Shown here: in pieces, positions 10,787-20,670 of the stretch | Layout of the letters: every line of letters begins with the position of its first letter | Position numbering within the stretch: the stretch's first letter is position 1 | DNA from: Gammaproteobacteria bacterium | Lineage (GTDB): Bacteria > Pseudomonadota > Gammaproteobacteria > UBA4575 | NCBI GenBank assembly: GCA_965221955.1 | Contig: CBDCTA010000004.1 | Location: 1 to 64,000, forward strand | Reading direction: 5' to 3' | DNA: 64,000 nt | Made by a program: the position numbers and the translations under genes | The notes under the pieces: generated by a model | Seen by the model: the letters and a program-made list of their open reading frames with translations, nothing else | Databases searched by the model: none | Told to the model about the DNA's origin: nothing

Positions 10787-10917
10787 TCGCTATTGATCGA
10801 AAGCAGGCATTTAATTATCGAAGAACTCTAGTCCGAAGCAACCTTCCTGTTGTAAGTCTTATTTGCACATCTTTGTGATAACAAATAATATTAGTGTTTA
10901 AGTGCCTCATCCTTAAC

Positions 10918-11514
10918 CTAAAGCTTTGTAAGTAGATCAAACCCTTCGGCTTGTAACATCGAAGTTAATTTTATTAACGGTAATCCAATCAATGCGCTTG
11001 GGTCATCACCTTGCATTTTTTTAAATAATGCAACACCTAAACCTTCGGCTTTAAAACTTCCCGCACAATCATAAGGTTGGTCTTTTTCTAGATAAGCATT
11101 GATTTGTTGGTCCGTTAAATTGCGAAAAGTGACTTGAAAGGTTTCGAAGTCTACTTGTTCAGTGTTAGTTTCAGAATTTATGACGCACACACCAGTATAG
11201 AAAATTACTATTTTACCGCTAGAGTTTTTTAGTTGTTGAAAAGCGGCTTCTGGTGTATTTGGTTTGATAATAATTTTTTCATCTAACACCGCACATTGAT
11301 CAGAACCAATAATTAAAGCGGGTTTTTGGTTTGTTTTAATTTTTGATGATACCGCTTGTGCTTTTTCCAATGCTAAACGAGAAACATAGTTTGATGCAGA
11401 TTCATTAGGTTTTATGGATTCGTCTATATCTGGCGCTACACACTCAAAATCTGTGATCAGAGGTTTTAGTAATTTTTTTCGGTAGGAAGAGCTGGAGGCT
11501 AAGAAAATGTTCAT
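10918..11514 (-). CDS. Maf/YceF nucleoside triphosphate pyrophosphatase
   Basis: LASSSSYRKKLL, DIDES, IIGSDQ, CAGSFKAEGLG, LIGLPL; start reassigned to MNIFLAS; divergent from yceD. Confidence 0.9.
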   Translation of the reverse strand: MNIFLASSSSYRKKLLKPLITDFECVAPDIDESIKPNESASNYVSRLALEKAQAVSSKIKTNQKPALIIGSDQCAVLDEKIIIKPNTPEAAFQQLKNSSGKIVIFYTGVCVINSETNTEQVDFETFQVTFRNLTDQQINAYLEKDQPYDCAGSFKAEGLGVALFKKMQGDDPSALIGLPLIKLTSMLQAEGFDLLTKL

Positions 11515-11604
11515 TTTTATACTAATCTGTATGTCAATTTCAGCTAAAGTGAATAATGAAGCTTCTAAAGTTCTTTCGTATACTTGGTCTGAGGTTTTTA
11601 AAAT

Positions 11605-12159
11605 ATGCCACACCCAGAATTAGAATTGTTGCCAACTCGCTTTGACCCCGAGAACTTTGCCGACCATGCTACAGAGCTAAATGGCTTGGTTGCGATTCGG
11701 GCGATGCACCGCCTGCAAGCGAATATCTTATCTGCAGGTCCTATGGTAACCGTTAAGCTTCAATTTTCGCGAGGGTTATACGGATACCCGCAAGCGATAG
11801 GAATAGCCAGTATTAAGGTTTGTGTACGTTGTGAAAGGTGTCTGGATGAGGTGGAATTGGTGCTTAACGCTGAGATCAATGTACTAATTAAACCTGACTC
11901 TGATCACTTGCCTGGCGATGGTGATAACCTTGAGACAAGCCCTGAATTCCATGAATATGACGGGAAAAGCTTGACCTTATCAGACTTAATTGAAGAGGAG
12001 CTCCTCCTCTCACTACCCTTAGTCCCTAGACATAAGGATATTTCATTATGTAACCAAGATATGGTAGCTTGGCTCGCCTCAAATGAAGCCTCGGAAGAGG
12101 GGCAAGGAGAGGTTACTGTCGAAAGGGCAGAAAACCCATTTGCTATACTTAAGCGCTGA
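11605..12159 (+). CDS. yceD: YceD/DUF177 protein
   Basis: CERCLD, LIEEELLLSLPLVPRH, ENPFAILK; upstream of rpmF. Confidence 0.9.
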   Translation: MPHPELELLPTRFDPENFADHATELNGLVAIRAMHRLQANILSAGPMVTVKLQFSRGLYGYPQAIGIASIKVCVRCERCLDEVELVLNAEINVLIKPDSDHLPGDGDNLETSPEFHEYDGKSLTLSDLIEEELLLSLPLVPRHKDISLCNQDMVAWLASNEASEEGQGEVTVERAENPFAILKR

Positions 12160-12177
12160 ATAGTTTGGAGAACCATA

Positions 12178-12375
12178 ATGGCGGTACAAAAGAGTAAAAA
12201 GACTCGATCGAAAAGAGATATGCGCAGGTCACACGATGGCTTGTCAACTGCGGCTCTATCTATTGATGGAACCACGGGTGAAACGCATCTACGTCATCAT
12301 GTTACCCCTGACGGATATTATCGTGGACGTCAAGTGATTGTGACACCAGATGAGTATGAAGAAGACGAAGAGTAG
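12178..12375 (+). CDS. rpmF: 50S ribosomal protein L32
   Basis: [20 protein letters not shown]...[17 protein letters not shown]. Confidence 0.97.
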   Translation: MAVQKSKKTRSKRDMRRSHDGLSTAALSIDGTTGETHLRHHVTPDGYYRGRQVIVTPDEYEEDEE

Positions 12376-12486
12376 TACTTCGTCTTTTTTAAATCGTTCG
12401 CGTTTACTTTTTATAATTATCTCGTTCTACAAAGCTTAATTTATCTAGTTCGTTCGTTTTAACCTTAAAGTTTAATTGACACCTTA

Positions 12487-13512
12487 GTGACAAATTTAAC
12501 CATTTCACTAGATGCAATGGGTGGTGATTTTGGGCCTGCGGTGGTGGCTAAAGCGGCTGCTGGATTTCTTGAACAGCATAAAGATGTTTCCCTTATCTTA
12601 GTAGGTGACCAGGATGCTATTAATAATGAGCTTGCTAAACTCAATATTCAAACGTATGAACGTTTAAAAGTTCGTCATGCAAGCCAACAGGTGGAAATGG
12701 ATGAGCCACCTTCACAAGCGTTACGTAACAAAAAAGATTCTTCCATGCGTGTGGCAATTAACCTAGTTAAAGAAGGTATAGCTGATGCCGCGGTAAGTGC
12801 AGGAAATACTGGTGCACTGATGGCTACAGGGCGTTATGTATTAAAAACCTTACCTGGAATCGATCGACCTGCTATTACAAGTTTGATGCCTTCTATGCAA
12901 AGTAAAACTTATATGCTTGATCTGGGTGCTAATGTAGGCTGCAGTAGCCAACATTTGTTGCAATTTGCAGTAATGGGAGCTGTGCTTGCTACAGCCATTG
13001 ACAATATACAAAGTCCAAAAGTAGGGTTGCTTAATATTGGTGAAGAAGAAATCAAAGGCAATGAGCAAGTAAAAGAAGCGCATGAAGTATTACGCCAAAG
13101 CGGCCTCAATTACATAGGTTATGTAGAAGGGGACGATATTTACTGCGGAGATGTAGAAGTTGTAGTGTGTGATGGCTTTGTAGGCAATGTTTCGCTTAAA
13201 ACCAGTGAAGGGGTGGCTAAAATTATCACCCATTACGCTAAGCAAGAGTTTACACGAAATATTTTCACCAAAATCTGCGGTTTTTTCGCACTACCCGTAC
13301 TAAAAGCTTTTAAAACACGAATTGATCCAAGACGTTATAATGGCGCTAGTTTGTTAGGCTTGCGTGGTGTGGTGATTAAAAGCCATGGCGGAGCAGACGC
13401 GTTTTCATTTCAGCATGCGATCGATATCGCACGGATAGAAGCGAGTCAGCAGGTGCCTAAGAAAATTGAGTCACGTATAGAAGAGTATTTAAATCAGGAA
13501 ACAGCAAACTAA
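12487..13512 (+). CDS. plsX: Phosphate acyltransferase
   Basis: [33 protein letters not shown]. Confidence 0.96.
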   Translation: MTNLTISLDAMGGDFGPAVVAKAAAGFLEQHKDVSLILVGDQDAINNELAKLNIQTYERLKVRHASQQVEMDEPPSQALRNKKDSSMRVAINLVKEGIADAAVSAGNTGALMATGRYVLKTLPGIDRPAITSLMPSMQSKTYMLDLGANVGCSSQHLLQFAVMGAVLATAIDNIQSPKVGLLNIGEEEIKGNEQVKEAHEVLRQSGLNYIGYVEGDDIYCGDVEVVVCDGFVGNVSLKTSEGVAKIITHYAKQEFTRNIFTKICGFFALPVLKAFKTRIDPRRYNGASLLGLRGVVIKSHGGADAFSFQHAIDIARIEASQQVPKKIESRIEEYLNQETAN

Positions 13513-13519
13513 ATCTAAA

Positions 13520-14488
13520 ATGAAGTATTCAAAAATCATTGGAACAGGTAGTTATTTACCTGAAAAAATCTTGACCAACAAAGATCTTGAAAAGATTGTT
13601 GATACTTCAGACGAATGGATACAAGGCCGCACAGGTATCAAGCAACGCCATATTGCTGCAGATGGGGAAACAACCTGTGATCTTGCTGTTAATGCTTCAA
13701 GACGAGCATTAGAAATGGCAGGCAAGAGCAATGTCGACATTGATTTAATCATAATGGCGACAACCACGGCCGACAAAATTTTTCCAAGTACTGCATGTTT
13801 ATTACAAAAGCGTTTGGATATTCACGGATGTGCAGCATTTGATGTGCAAGCCGTGTGTACTGGTTTTGTGTATGCCTTGGCGATTGCAGATAAATTTATT
13901 AAGACAGGTGAGGCCAAATGTGCCTTAGTTGTCGGTTCTGAAACGCTTTCACGTATTTTAGATTGGAATGACCGCAGTACATGCGTGTTATTTGGAGATG
14001 GTGCGGGAGCAGTTGTATTGGAAGCGTCGGATGAACCTGGGATTTTATCTACTCATCTACATGCCGACGGGAGCTACGAGCATCTTTTACATGTACCGCA
14101 TGGTATTTCTCAAGGCTATGAACAACTCAAAGCAGGGGAAGCCTATGTGTATATGGAAGGTAATGCCGTATTTAAGATGGCGGTAAATACTTTGGGTCGA
14201 ATTGTTGATGAAACCTTAGAAGCGAACAATATTGAAAAAAGTGATATTGATTGGTTGGTGCCACACCAAGCTAATAACCGAATTATTGAAGCAACTGCAC
14301 GAAAATTAAAGATGTCCATGGATCAGGTTGTGGTAACCGTTTCTGAACATGGTAATACTTCAGCTGCATCCATTCCCTTGGCATTAGATTATGCAGTACG
14401 TGATGGGCGAATTAAAAAAGGTGAAACGCTTATGCTAGAAGCATTTGGTGGCGGTTTTACTTGGGGTTCTGCATTACTAAAATTTTAG
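13520..14488 (+). CDS. fabH: Beta-ketoacyl-ACP synthase III
   Basis: [35 protein letters not shown]. Confidence 0.96.
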   Translation: MKYSKIIGTGSYLPEKILTNKDLEKIVDTSDEWIQGRTGIKQRHIAADGETTCDLAVNASRRALEMAGKSNVDIDLIIMATTTADKIFPSTACLLQKRLDIHGCAAFDVQAVCTGFVYALAIADKFIKTGEAKCALVVGSETLSRILDWNDRSTCVLFGDGAGAVVLEASDEPGILSTHLHADGSYEHLLHVPHGISQGYEQLKAGEAYVYMEGNAVFKMAVNTLGRIVDETLEANNIEKSDIDWLVPHQANNRIIEATARKLKMSMDQVVVTVSEHGNTSAASIPLALDYAVRDGRIKKGETLMLEAFGGGFTWGSALLKF

Positions 14489-14505
14489 CAGCCATATAGT
14501 GTTAT

Positions 14506-15156
14506 ATGGCCTCTACGTCGACATCGCTATTTAAGCCAAACTGTAAAAAGTGTTCTCGGCTTGCTGGTTTTCTAAAATCATCTAAACAGAAATATCCTGA
14601 TTATTTTTGTAAACCCGTACCTGCTTTCGGTGATGCTAAAGCAAAATTCTTAATTGTTGGTTTAGCGCCAGGCTTACATGGTGCTAATGCAACGGGTAGG
14701 CCGTTTACCGGTGACTATGCTGGAGCGCTTTTATATGAGACCTTGCATAAATTTAACTTTGCAAGTGCTCCTCAGTCAGTCAGTACAGATGATGGTTTAA
14801 AGCTAACTAATTGTAGAATTACTAATGCAGTGAAATGTGTACCGCCGGCAAACAAACCCACAACAGAAGAAATTAAAACTTGTAATACGTATTTGAAAAA
14901 TGAATTGCTCAGTTTAAAGCCGGGTACTGTAATTTTAGCACTGGGGAAAATTGCGCATGATTCCATTATACGTTCCTTCGAATTAAGACTTAGCCAGTAT
15001 CCATTTGGGCACGGAAATCAACATGAGTTAATAGGAAATATTACTTTAATTGATTCTTATCATTGTAGTCGTTACAACACACAAACCAAACGGTTGACAA
15101 CTAAACAGTTTGAACAAGTGTTTAAAAAAATCACCAAAATTTTAGATAAGAGTTAG
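14506..15156 (+). CDS. Uracil-DNA glycosylase (family 5/UdgB-like, Fe-S)
   Basis: CKKCSRL, GLAPGLHGANATGRPFTGD, KCVPPANKP, SYHCSRYN. Confidence 0.88.
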   Translation: MASTSTSLFKPNCKKCSRLAGFLKSSKQKYPDYFCKPVPAFGDAKAKFLIVGLAPGLHGANATGRPFTGDYAGALLYETLHKFNFASAPQSVSTDDGLKLTNCRITNAVKCVPPANKPTTEEIKTCNTYLKNELLSLKPGTVILALGKIAHDSIIRSFELRLSQYPFGHGNQHELIGNITLIDSYHCSRYNTQTKRLTTKQFEQVFKKITKILDKS

Positions 15157-15161
15157 TTGAA

Positions 15162-17000
15162 ATGGTTGAGCTGAATAAAAACATTAAGTTTGACCCGAAA
15201 GAATTCGTTAAAACTTTACCGCACAATCCTGGCGTATATCGCATGTTGGATGCGAATGGAAAGTTTCTATATGTAGGCAAAGCAAAAAATTTAAAAAAGC
15301 GCGTGAGCACTTATTTTTCTAAAACTCAATCAAGTGCTCGCATTGCCAAGATGTTATCGCAAACTTGTGATATGGAAGTGGTGGTAACGAATACTGAGGC
15401 TGAGGCTTTATTGCTAGAGAATAACTTAATTAAAGAGCATAAACCTAAGTACAATATTTTATTGAGAGATGATAAAAGCTATCCGTATATTTTTATTTCC
15501 TCTAAACATAAGTATCCGCAAATTACGTTTTATCGCGGCCGTCGGAAAAAAACAGGTCGTTATTTTGGACCCTATGCCAGCGTGAGTGCTGCGCGTTATG
15601 CGCTTAATTTACTACAAAAAGTGTTTAAAGTTCGTCAATGTGATGATTATTTTTTCAGTCATCGAAGTCGGCCTTGTTTGCAACATCAAATAGAACGTTG
15701 CAGTGCACCTTGTGTTAATTTAATTGATGAAGAAAGCTATAGTAATGATATCAATGCAGCGGTTGAATTTTTAGAAGGGAATAGTGACCAGCTGATTGAG
15801 CGTTTCGTGAATAAAATGGAACAAGCTTCAGCAGAATTGAACTATGAAAAGGCTGCAGACTATCGTGACAAAATAGGTAAGTTACGTGAAGTATCAGAAC
15901 AGCAATACGTGAGTTCTGAAACAGGTAATGTTGATATCGTTGCAGTGCAATGTGAAGGTGAAGTAGCGTGTGTGCAGGTATTTAACATACGCGCAGGAGT
16001 GAACTTAGGTAACAAAAGCTATTTCCCGCGTCTTCCAGGAGTTGCGAAGCCTGAAGAAATACTTACAGCATTTTTAGGTCAATATTATTTAACTCATATC
16101 ATCCCTGAAGAAATTATCACCAGCCATCAACCCGACGATGTTGAGCTACTAAAATTGATGTTGAGTAATAAGTTAGGCAAGAAAATTGAAATAGTGCATG
16201 CGCCACGTAGTAAACGTGCACGCTGGTTAGAAATTGCAAACAAGAATGTTAAAACCGCACTGAAAACAAAATTAGCCACAAAAGCTGGGTTAATGCAGAG
16301 ATTTGAAGCTCTACAGGAAGAATTGAATCTTGAATTTATGCCCACCAGGATGGAGTGCTTTGACGTGAGCCATACTCAAGGAGAGGCCACTGTTGCCTCA
16401 TGTGTGGTTTTTGAGCAAGAGGGTGCAGTGAAATCCGATTACCGTAGATTTAACATCGAAGGTATTGAGCCGGGTGATGATTACGCAGCTATGTATCAAG
16501 CGCTTACTCGACGATATACACGTCTAAAAAAAGGTGAAGGAAAGTTGCCTGATATATTGTTTATTGATGGTGGCAAAGGGCAAGTGAATAAAGCAAAAGA
16601 AGCTTTACAGGAGCTACAAGTAGAAGGTGTAAAAATTATTGGAGTAGCTAAAGGTGTTGAAAGGCGCGCTGGCTACGAAACCTTAATTCCGGCCGATGGT
16701 GGTGAGGATATTCATTTAGAAGAACATTCCTTAGCCATGCATCTAATCCAGCAGATTCGTGATGAAGCGCATCGTTTTGCAATCACCAGCCACAGAAAGC
16801 GCCGAAATAAAAAACGCATGCATTCTCCATTAGAGAATATTGAGGGATTAGGACCGAAACGAAGGCAAAATTTACTCAAATACTTTGGTGGGATTCGCGG
16901 GGTATCCAAAGCTGGTGAGGAAGAGCTTGCTAAAGTACCTGGGATTAGCAAGAATTTGGCAAAAGTGATTTATCAAGAAATGCATACCTCAGGAAGTTAA
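15162..17000 (+). CDS. uvrC: Excinuclease ABC subunit C
   Basis: PGVYRM...YVGKAKNLKKRV, ECFDVSH, IDGGKGQ, RDEAHRFAI, HhH C-terminus. Confidence 0.97.
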   Translation: MVELNKNIKFDPKEFVKTLPHNPGVYRMLDANGKFLYVGKAKNLKKRVSTYFSKTQSSARIAKMLSQTCDMEVVVTNTEAEALLLENNLIKEHKPKYNILLRDDKSYPYIFISSKHKYPQITFYRGRRKKTGRYFGPYASVSAARYALNLLQKVFKVRQCDDYFFSHRSRPCLQHQIERCSAPCVNLIDEESYSNDINAAVEFLEGNSDQLIERFVNKMEQASAELNYEKAADYRDKIGKLREVSEQQYVSSETGNVDIVAVQCEGEVACVQVFNIRAGVNLGNKSYFPRLPGVAKPEEILTAFLGQYYLTHIIPEEIITSHQPDDVELLKLMLSNKLGKKIEIVHAPRSKRARWLEIANKNVKTALKTKLATKAGLMQRFEALQEELNLEFMPTRMECFDVSHTQGEATVASCVVFEQEGAVKSDYRRFNIEGIEPGDDYAAMYQALTRRYTRLKKGEGKLPDILFIDGGKGQVNKAKEALQELQVEGVKIIGVAKGVERRAGYETLIPADGGEDIHLEEHSLAMHLIQQIRDEAHRFAITSHRKRRNKKRMHSPLENIEGLGPKRRQNLLKYFGGIRGVSKAGEEELAKVPGISKNLAKVIYQEMHTSGS

Positions 17001-17006
17001 ATTAAT

Positions 17007-17561
17007 ATGACATATAGTATTCCTAACCTCCTGACATTTCTGAGGATTTTGATCATTCCTTTGCTTGTGTTCGTGTATTATTTCCCCCCAAATGTCATCG
17101 GTATGAAGTTGGCAGCATTGTTATTTGGTCTTGCATGTATAACAGATTGGCTGGATGGTTATTTAGCACGGAAATTGAATCAAACTTCAAAATTAGGCGC
17201 ATTTTTAGATCCCATCGCTGACAAACTCATTGTTGTGACGGTTTTGGTGATGATTGCCGATGAATTTGGAAAATTATCAATTTTAATCCCAGCTTTAATC
17301 ATCATTGGTAGAGAAATTGCCGTTTCGGGGTTACGAGAGTGGATGTCTGAACTGGGCTACAGGAGCAGCGTCTCCGTTTCGATATTGGGGAAAATTAAAA
17401 CCACTGCACAGATGCTTTCGCTATTCTTATTACTATACCGATACCCAATATTCGGCTTACCCACATTTGAAATTGGTGTGTGGCTGTTATATCTTGCTGC
17501 GGCTTTGACGCTTTGGTCGATGTTGGTCTATTTTCGACGAGCCATACAGGCATTCGGTTAA
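17007..17561 (+). CDS. pgsA: CDP-diacylglycerol--glycerol-3-phosphate phosphatidyltransferase
   Basis: PNLLTFLR, TDWLDGYLAR...GAFLDPIADK, GKIKTTAQM; uvrC-pgsA-tRNA-Gly synteny. Confidence 0.96.
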   Translation: MTYSIPNLLTFLRILIIPLLVFVYYFPPNVIGMKLAALLFGLACITDWLDGYLARKLNQTSKLGAFLDPIADKLIVVTVLVMIADEFGKLSILIPALIIIGREIAVSGLREWMSELGYRSSVSVSILGKIKTTAQMLSLFLLLYRYPIFGLPTFEIGVWLLYLAAALTLWSMLVYFRRAIQAFG

Positions 17562-17578
17562 CTAGCCATTTGAGCACA

Positions 17579-17606
17579 TTGACTCAATCTAGTGGTCGAA
17601 TAGAAT
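17579..17606 (+). promoter_or_regulatory. Sigma70-type promoter for tRNA-Gly
   Basis: TTGACT-16 bp-TAGAAT, 14 bp before the tRNA. Confidence 0.55.
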
Positions 17607-17620
17607 AGGTCTTTCTTAAA

Positions 17621-17697
17621 GCGGGAATAGCTCAGCTGGTAGAGCGCAAACCTTGCCAAGGTTGAGGTCGCGAGTTCGAACCTCGTTTCCCGCTCCA
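17621..17697 (+). tRNA. tRNA-Gly(GCC); one extra A in the anticodon-stem 5' arm
   Basis: GCGGGAATAGCTCAGCTGGTAGAGCGCAAACCTTGCCAAGGTTGAGGTCGCGAGTTCGAACCTCGTTTCCCGCTCCA. Confidence 0.95.
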
Positions 17698-17939
17698 TAA
17701 AACTTGCCATCAGCACTCCCTTCGTAATTCTAACCACTAGTGTTTTATCATTTGCGTGTTATGCGTCTGATATTAACGAGAATTCTTTAATTGTTGTAGA
17801 AACGGAAGAAGAATTTGAATATATATTTGTAAATATTAATGATGCTGTATTAGCAAGAGGCGTGAACGAGTTATAATTATACTTGGTAGCACTAAACTTG
17901 CTTATCTATCGAGTTATAACTTACTAACGGAGAAATAAC

Positions 17940-18467
17940 GTGAAATTAATATATAACAATAATAAAAACTATAAGCTCCGTACTCTATATTTTTTTGTGT
18001 TTGTCTTAGTAGGAGTTGGGTTATCAAATAGCTCATGGGCAGATACGCTCATGGTTGAGGAGAAGATTGTATTAAATGAGACATCGAAAGCTGTTTGGGC
18101 CTTGGTCGGTGGCTTTAAAGCTTTAGATAGATGGCACCCTGAGGTTATAGAAAGTATATTGATTGGAACAGGTAAACAGAAAGGTGATATTAGGGTTTTA
18201 ACTTTAGGTAATAACGATACTATTGTCGAAAGGCTTGATTTCTATGATGAAGATTCAATGACGTTGCAATATAGAATTTTAGAATCTCCCTTGCCAATTG
18301 AAAATTATATAGCGTCTATTGTTGTAAATAATAAGGGCGAAAATTTAACAGAAGTTGTGTGGAAATCTTCATTTGAAGCAGTAAATATAAGTAATGATGA
18401 AGTAAAGCAAATAATCAGAGGCATATATTTAGCCGGACTTCAGTCATTGAGTGATATCTTTAAGTAA
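17940..18467 (+). CDS. SRPBCC/MxaD-like (polyketide cyclase-fold) exported protein
   Basis: VWALVGGFKALDRWHP, R.LTL...IVERL, YRILESPLP; signal peptide. Confidence 0.75.
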   Translation: MKLIYNNNKNYKLRTLYFFVFVLVGVGLSNSSWADTLMVEEKIVLNETSKAVWALVGGFKALDRWHPEVIESILIGTGKQKGDIRVLTLGNNDTIVERLDFYDEDSMTLQYRILESPLPIENYIASIVVNNKGENLTEVVWKSSFEAVNISNDEVKQIIRGIYLAGLQSLSDIFK

Positions 18468-18704
18468 GCATCTTTAGCTTTAATACTTTTAGAAACTAAA
18501 GATAATTATTCTGTTAACATCGATGTGTGTTAATTTGGTTTTACTATTTGTAAACTTAATATCAGATACAAAATATCAACGAGAAATTGAGACAAAGCTT
18601 GTATAGGTGTTTTTTGTCATTTCTTAATTAAATATTAGCCGGTACTATTAGCAAATTAGCAACTTATAAAATAGAACTATATAAGCAATCAACAGGAGAA
18701 AAAA

Positions 18705-19055
18705 ATGGCGATGAAGCATATTGAAGGTGCGCAAGCAAAAGACATCAATTCATTGGGGATTGATGGAATTAATGCTTTTTTACAAGATACAATCTCTTCA
18801 GATAATGAAGAAGCACCAATTACATGTGGTTTTTTTAAAATGGAGTCTGGGAATCCGCTGGAATATACCTATAGCTATGATGAATGCAAAATCATGCTAG
18901 AAGGTGAAATGACCATTTCTGAAGATGGTGGCAGTACGATTAATATGAAACCAGGCGATGTGGTTTATTTTGATAAAGGAACCAAAGTGACGTTCACGTC
19001 AAATTCATCCGGTAAGGCATTTTATGTAGGCCAACGAAAGTTTGGTGTACTCTAA
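18705..19055 (+). CDS. Cupin (EutQ/DUF861-like), copy 1
   Basis: ITCGFFKME.G.PLEYTYSYDECKIMLEG...PGDVVYFDKG. Confidence 0.8.
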   Translation: MAMKHIEGAQAKDINSLGIDGINAFLQDTISSDNEEAPITCGFFKMESGNPLEYTYSYDECKIMLEGEMTISEDGGSTINMKPGDVVYFDKGTKVTFTSNSSGKAFYVGQRKFGVL

Positions 19056-19187
19056 CAAAAGGTTATATTTAGCATATTTCCTCAATTAAGTATTTTTTGT
19101 AGCAACTAATAATTTTTAATGTTGCTATGTTAAATTTTAGTTGAGGGATAATGTTTTTATAAAAATAACACAAGTATTTCTAATTTA

Positions 19188-19982
19188 TCATAGCCATGGT
19201 TCGCATTTAGAGACCAGCTCTGCTAGGTTCTTTGCGTTGAGGCGTTTGCGGGCATGACGTAATTGATTTTCAACTGTTCGTGCAGACTTCTTTAATTCAT
19301 TTGCTATTTCCTTGCTACTCATTCCTTTTGACACAAGTTGAATTGCCTCTAGCTCTGAATCACTCGGTTTTTTGAACATATGGTGTAATTTTGGGTTGTG
19401 CCAATAATTACTTATTCCTGCTAAAGGGGCTAAAAACTTTGTACAGAATCGATACATAAAATCGACCTCTGTGTCATTCCAAATATGGTTGTTAATTGTA
19501 TGATCTACACATGCAATTCCTATCAGTTTCTCGTTCCAAACAAGGCGTTGCATTAACATAGATTTACATTTTAGTTCGGACAAAATTTCTTGAATCAGTA
19601 TTAGATGTGAATTTTTTTCAACATTTTCGTATTTAACCGGTGATGGGCTGTTCCATACCCTCTGCATTAGTTCATGTGTATTAGGAAGAATTGATCCAAC
19701 TATGGAAGGAGGCTTTGTGTCCTCGCTGCAATATTCTGAAATTGGCGTATATGTTTCGGAGTCTGGCGTAGCAAAACCAGCATCTGCTCGGCATACATTC
19801 AATCTATTAGCCATATGTGCTAATCCCACATGAACTGTTTCTTTTGGGCTTTCTATTACAAGAATCATATGTGCAGCACAATCTATAGTTTCACGTGTTG
19901 TGTTGTTTTTATTTGCGTCTAGAAAATGCTTCTTTAACGCTTTGATTGTAGGCGGTTCTATTTCAAAAGTATTTTGTTGCAC
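19188..19982 (-). CDS. GAF + LuxR-type HTH transcriptional regulator
   Basis: GAF-like LIGIACVD...W.DTEVDF; C-terminal SELEAIQLVSKGMSSKEIA.ELKKSARTVENQL. Confidence 0.8.
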   Translation of the reverse strand: MQQNTFEIEPPTIKALKKHFLDANKNNTTRETIDCAAHMILVIESPKETVHVGLAHMANRLNVCRADAGFATPDSETYTPISEYCSEDTKPPSIVGSILPNTHELMQRVWNSPSPVKYENVEKNSHLILIQEILSELKCKSMLMQRLVWNEKLIGIACVDHTINNHIWNDTEVDFMYRFCTKFLAPLAGISNYWHNPKLHHMFKKPSDSELEAIQLVSKGMSSKEIANELKKSARTVENQLRHARKRLNAKNLAELVSKCEPWL

Positions 19983-20256
19983 TTTAGATTTAAATGTTTA
20001 TATAGCATTTAGTGTTATGAGAAACATAAGTGTACTTAATTATGCATGCAATCCAATAGGTATATTTTGTCATATATAGAAAAATTAATTACCTTAAATA
20101 ACAAATTAATGTCATATGTTTTATTTAAATTACTAGCAATACTATACCTATAATTATTATAAGTTCGTATTTACAGGAATCGAAAAGGCATAACTCAATA
20201 GTGCGCACTTTAATTTTTATGCATCGTTTTTGAAAATTTATAAACGAGGTAAAAAA

Positions 20257-20604
20257 ATGGCAATGAAACATTTTGAAGATTCCCAATCTATGGAAATTGC
20301 ATCACTGAATATCGATGGGATCAATGCATATTTAGAAGATGTAGTTTCCTCTAATGATGAGAACGCACCAATTACATGTGGATTATTTCGAATGGAAGCA
20401 GGAAATCCTCTTGATTACACGTACAGCTATGATGAATGCAAAATTATGCTGGAAGGAGAAATGAAAGTTACAGAGAAGGGAATTTCAAAAGTAGTTAGAC
20501 CAGGAGATGTGCTTTATTTTGATAAAGGAACATCAGTAACTTTTTCATCTGATTCATCTGGATTGGCATTTTATGTTGGCCAAAGGAAAAAAGGTGTCCT
20601 CTAA
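20257..20604 (+). CDS. Cupin (EutQ/DUF861-like), copy 2
   Basis: Close paralog of 18705-19055 (YTYSYDECKIMLEGEM identical); GAGGT RBS. Confidence 0.8.
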   Translation: MAMKHFEDSQSMEIASLNIDGINAYLEDVVSSNDENAPITCGLFRMEAGNPLDYTYSYDECKIMLEGEMKVTEKGISKVVRPGDVLYFDKGTSVTFSSDSSGLAFYVGQRKKGVL

Positions 20605-20670
20605 ATATTAATTATAAAAAATTAGAACAATCATTAAATCTATTAAATAGTAGATAAGGAGCGAGAGAAA

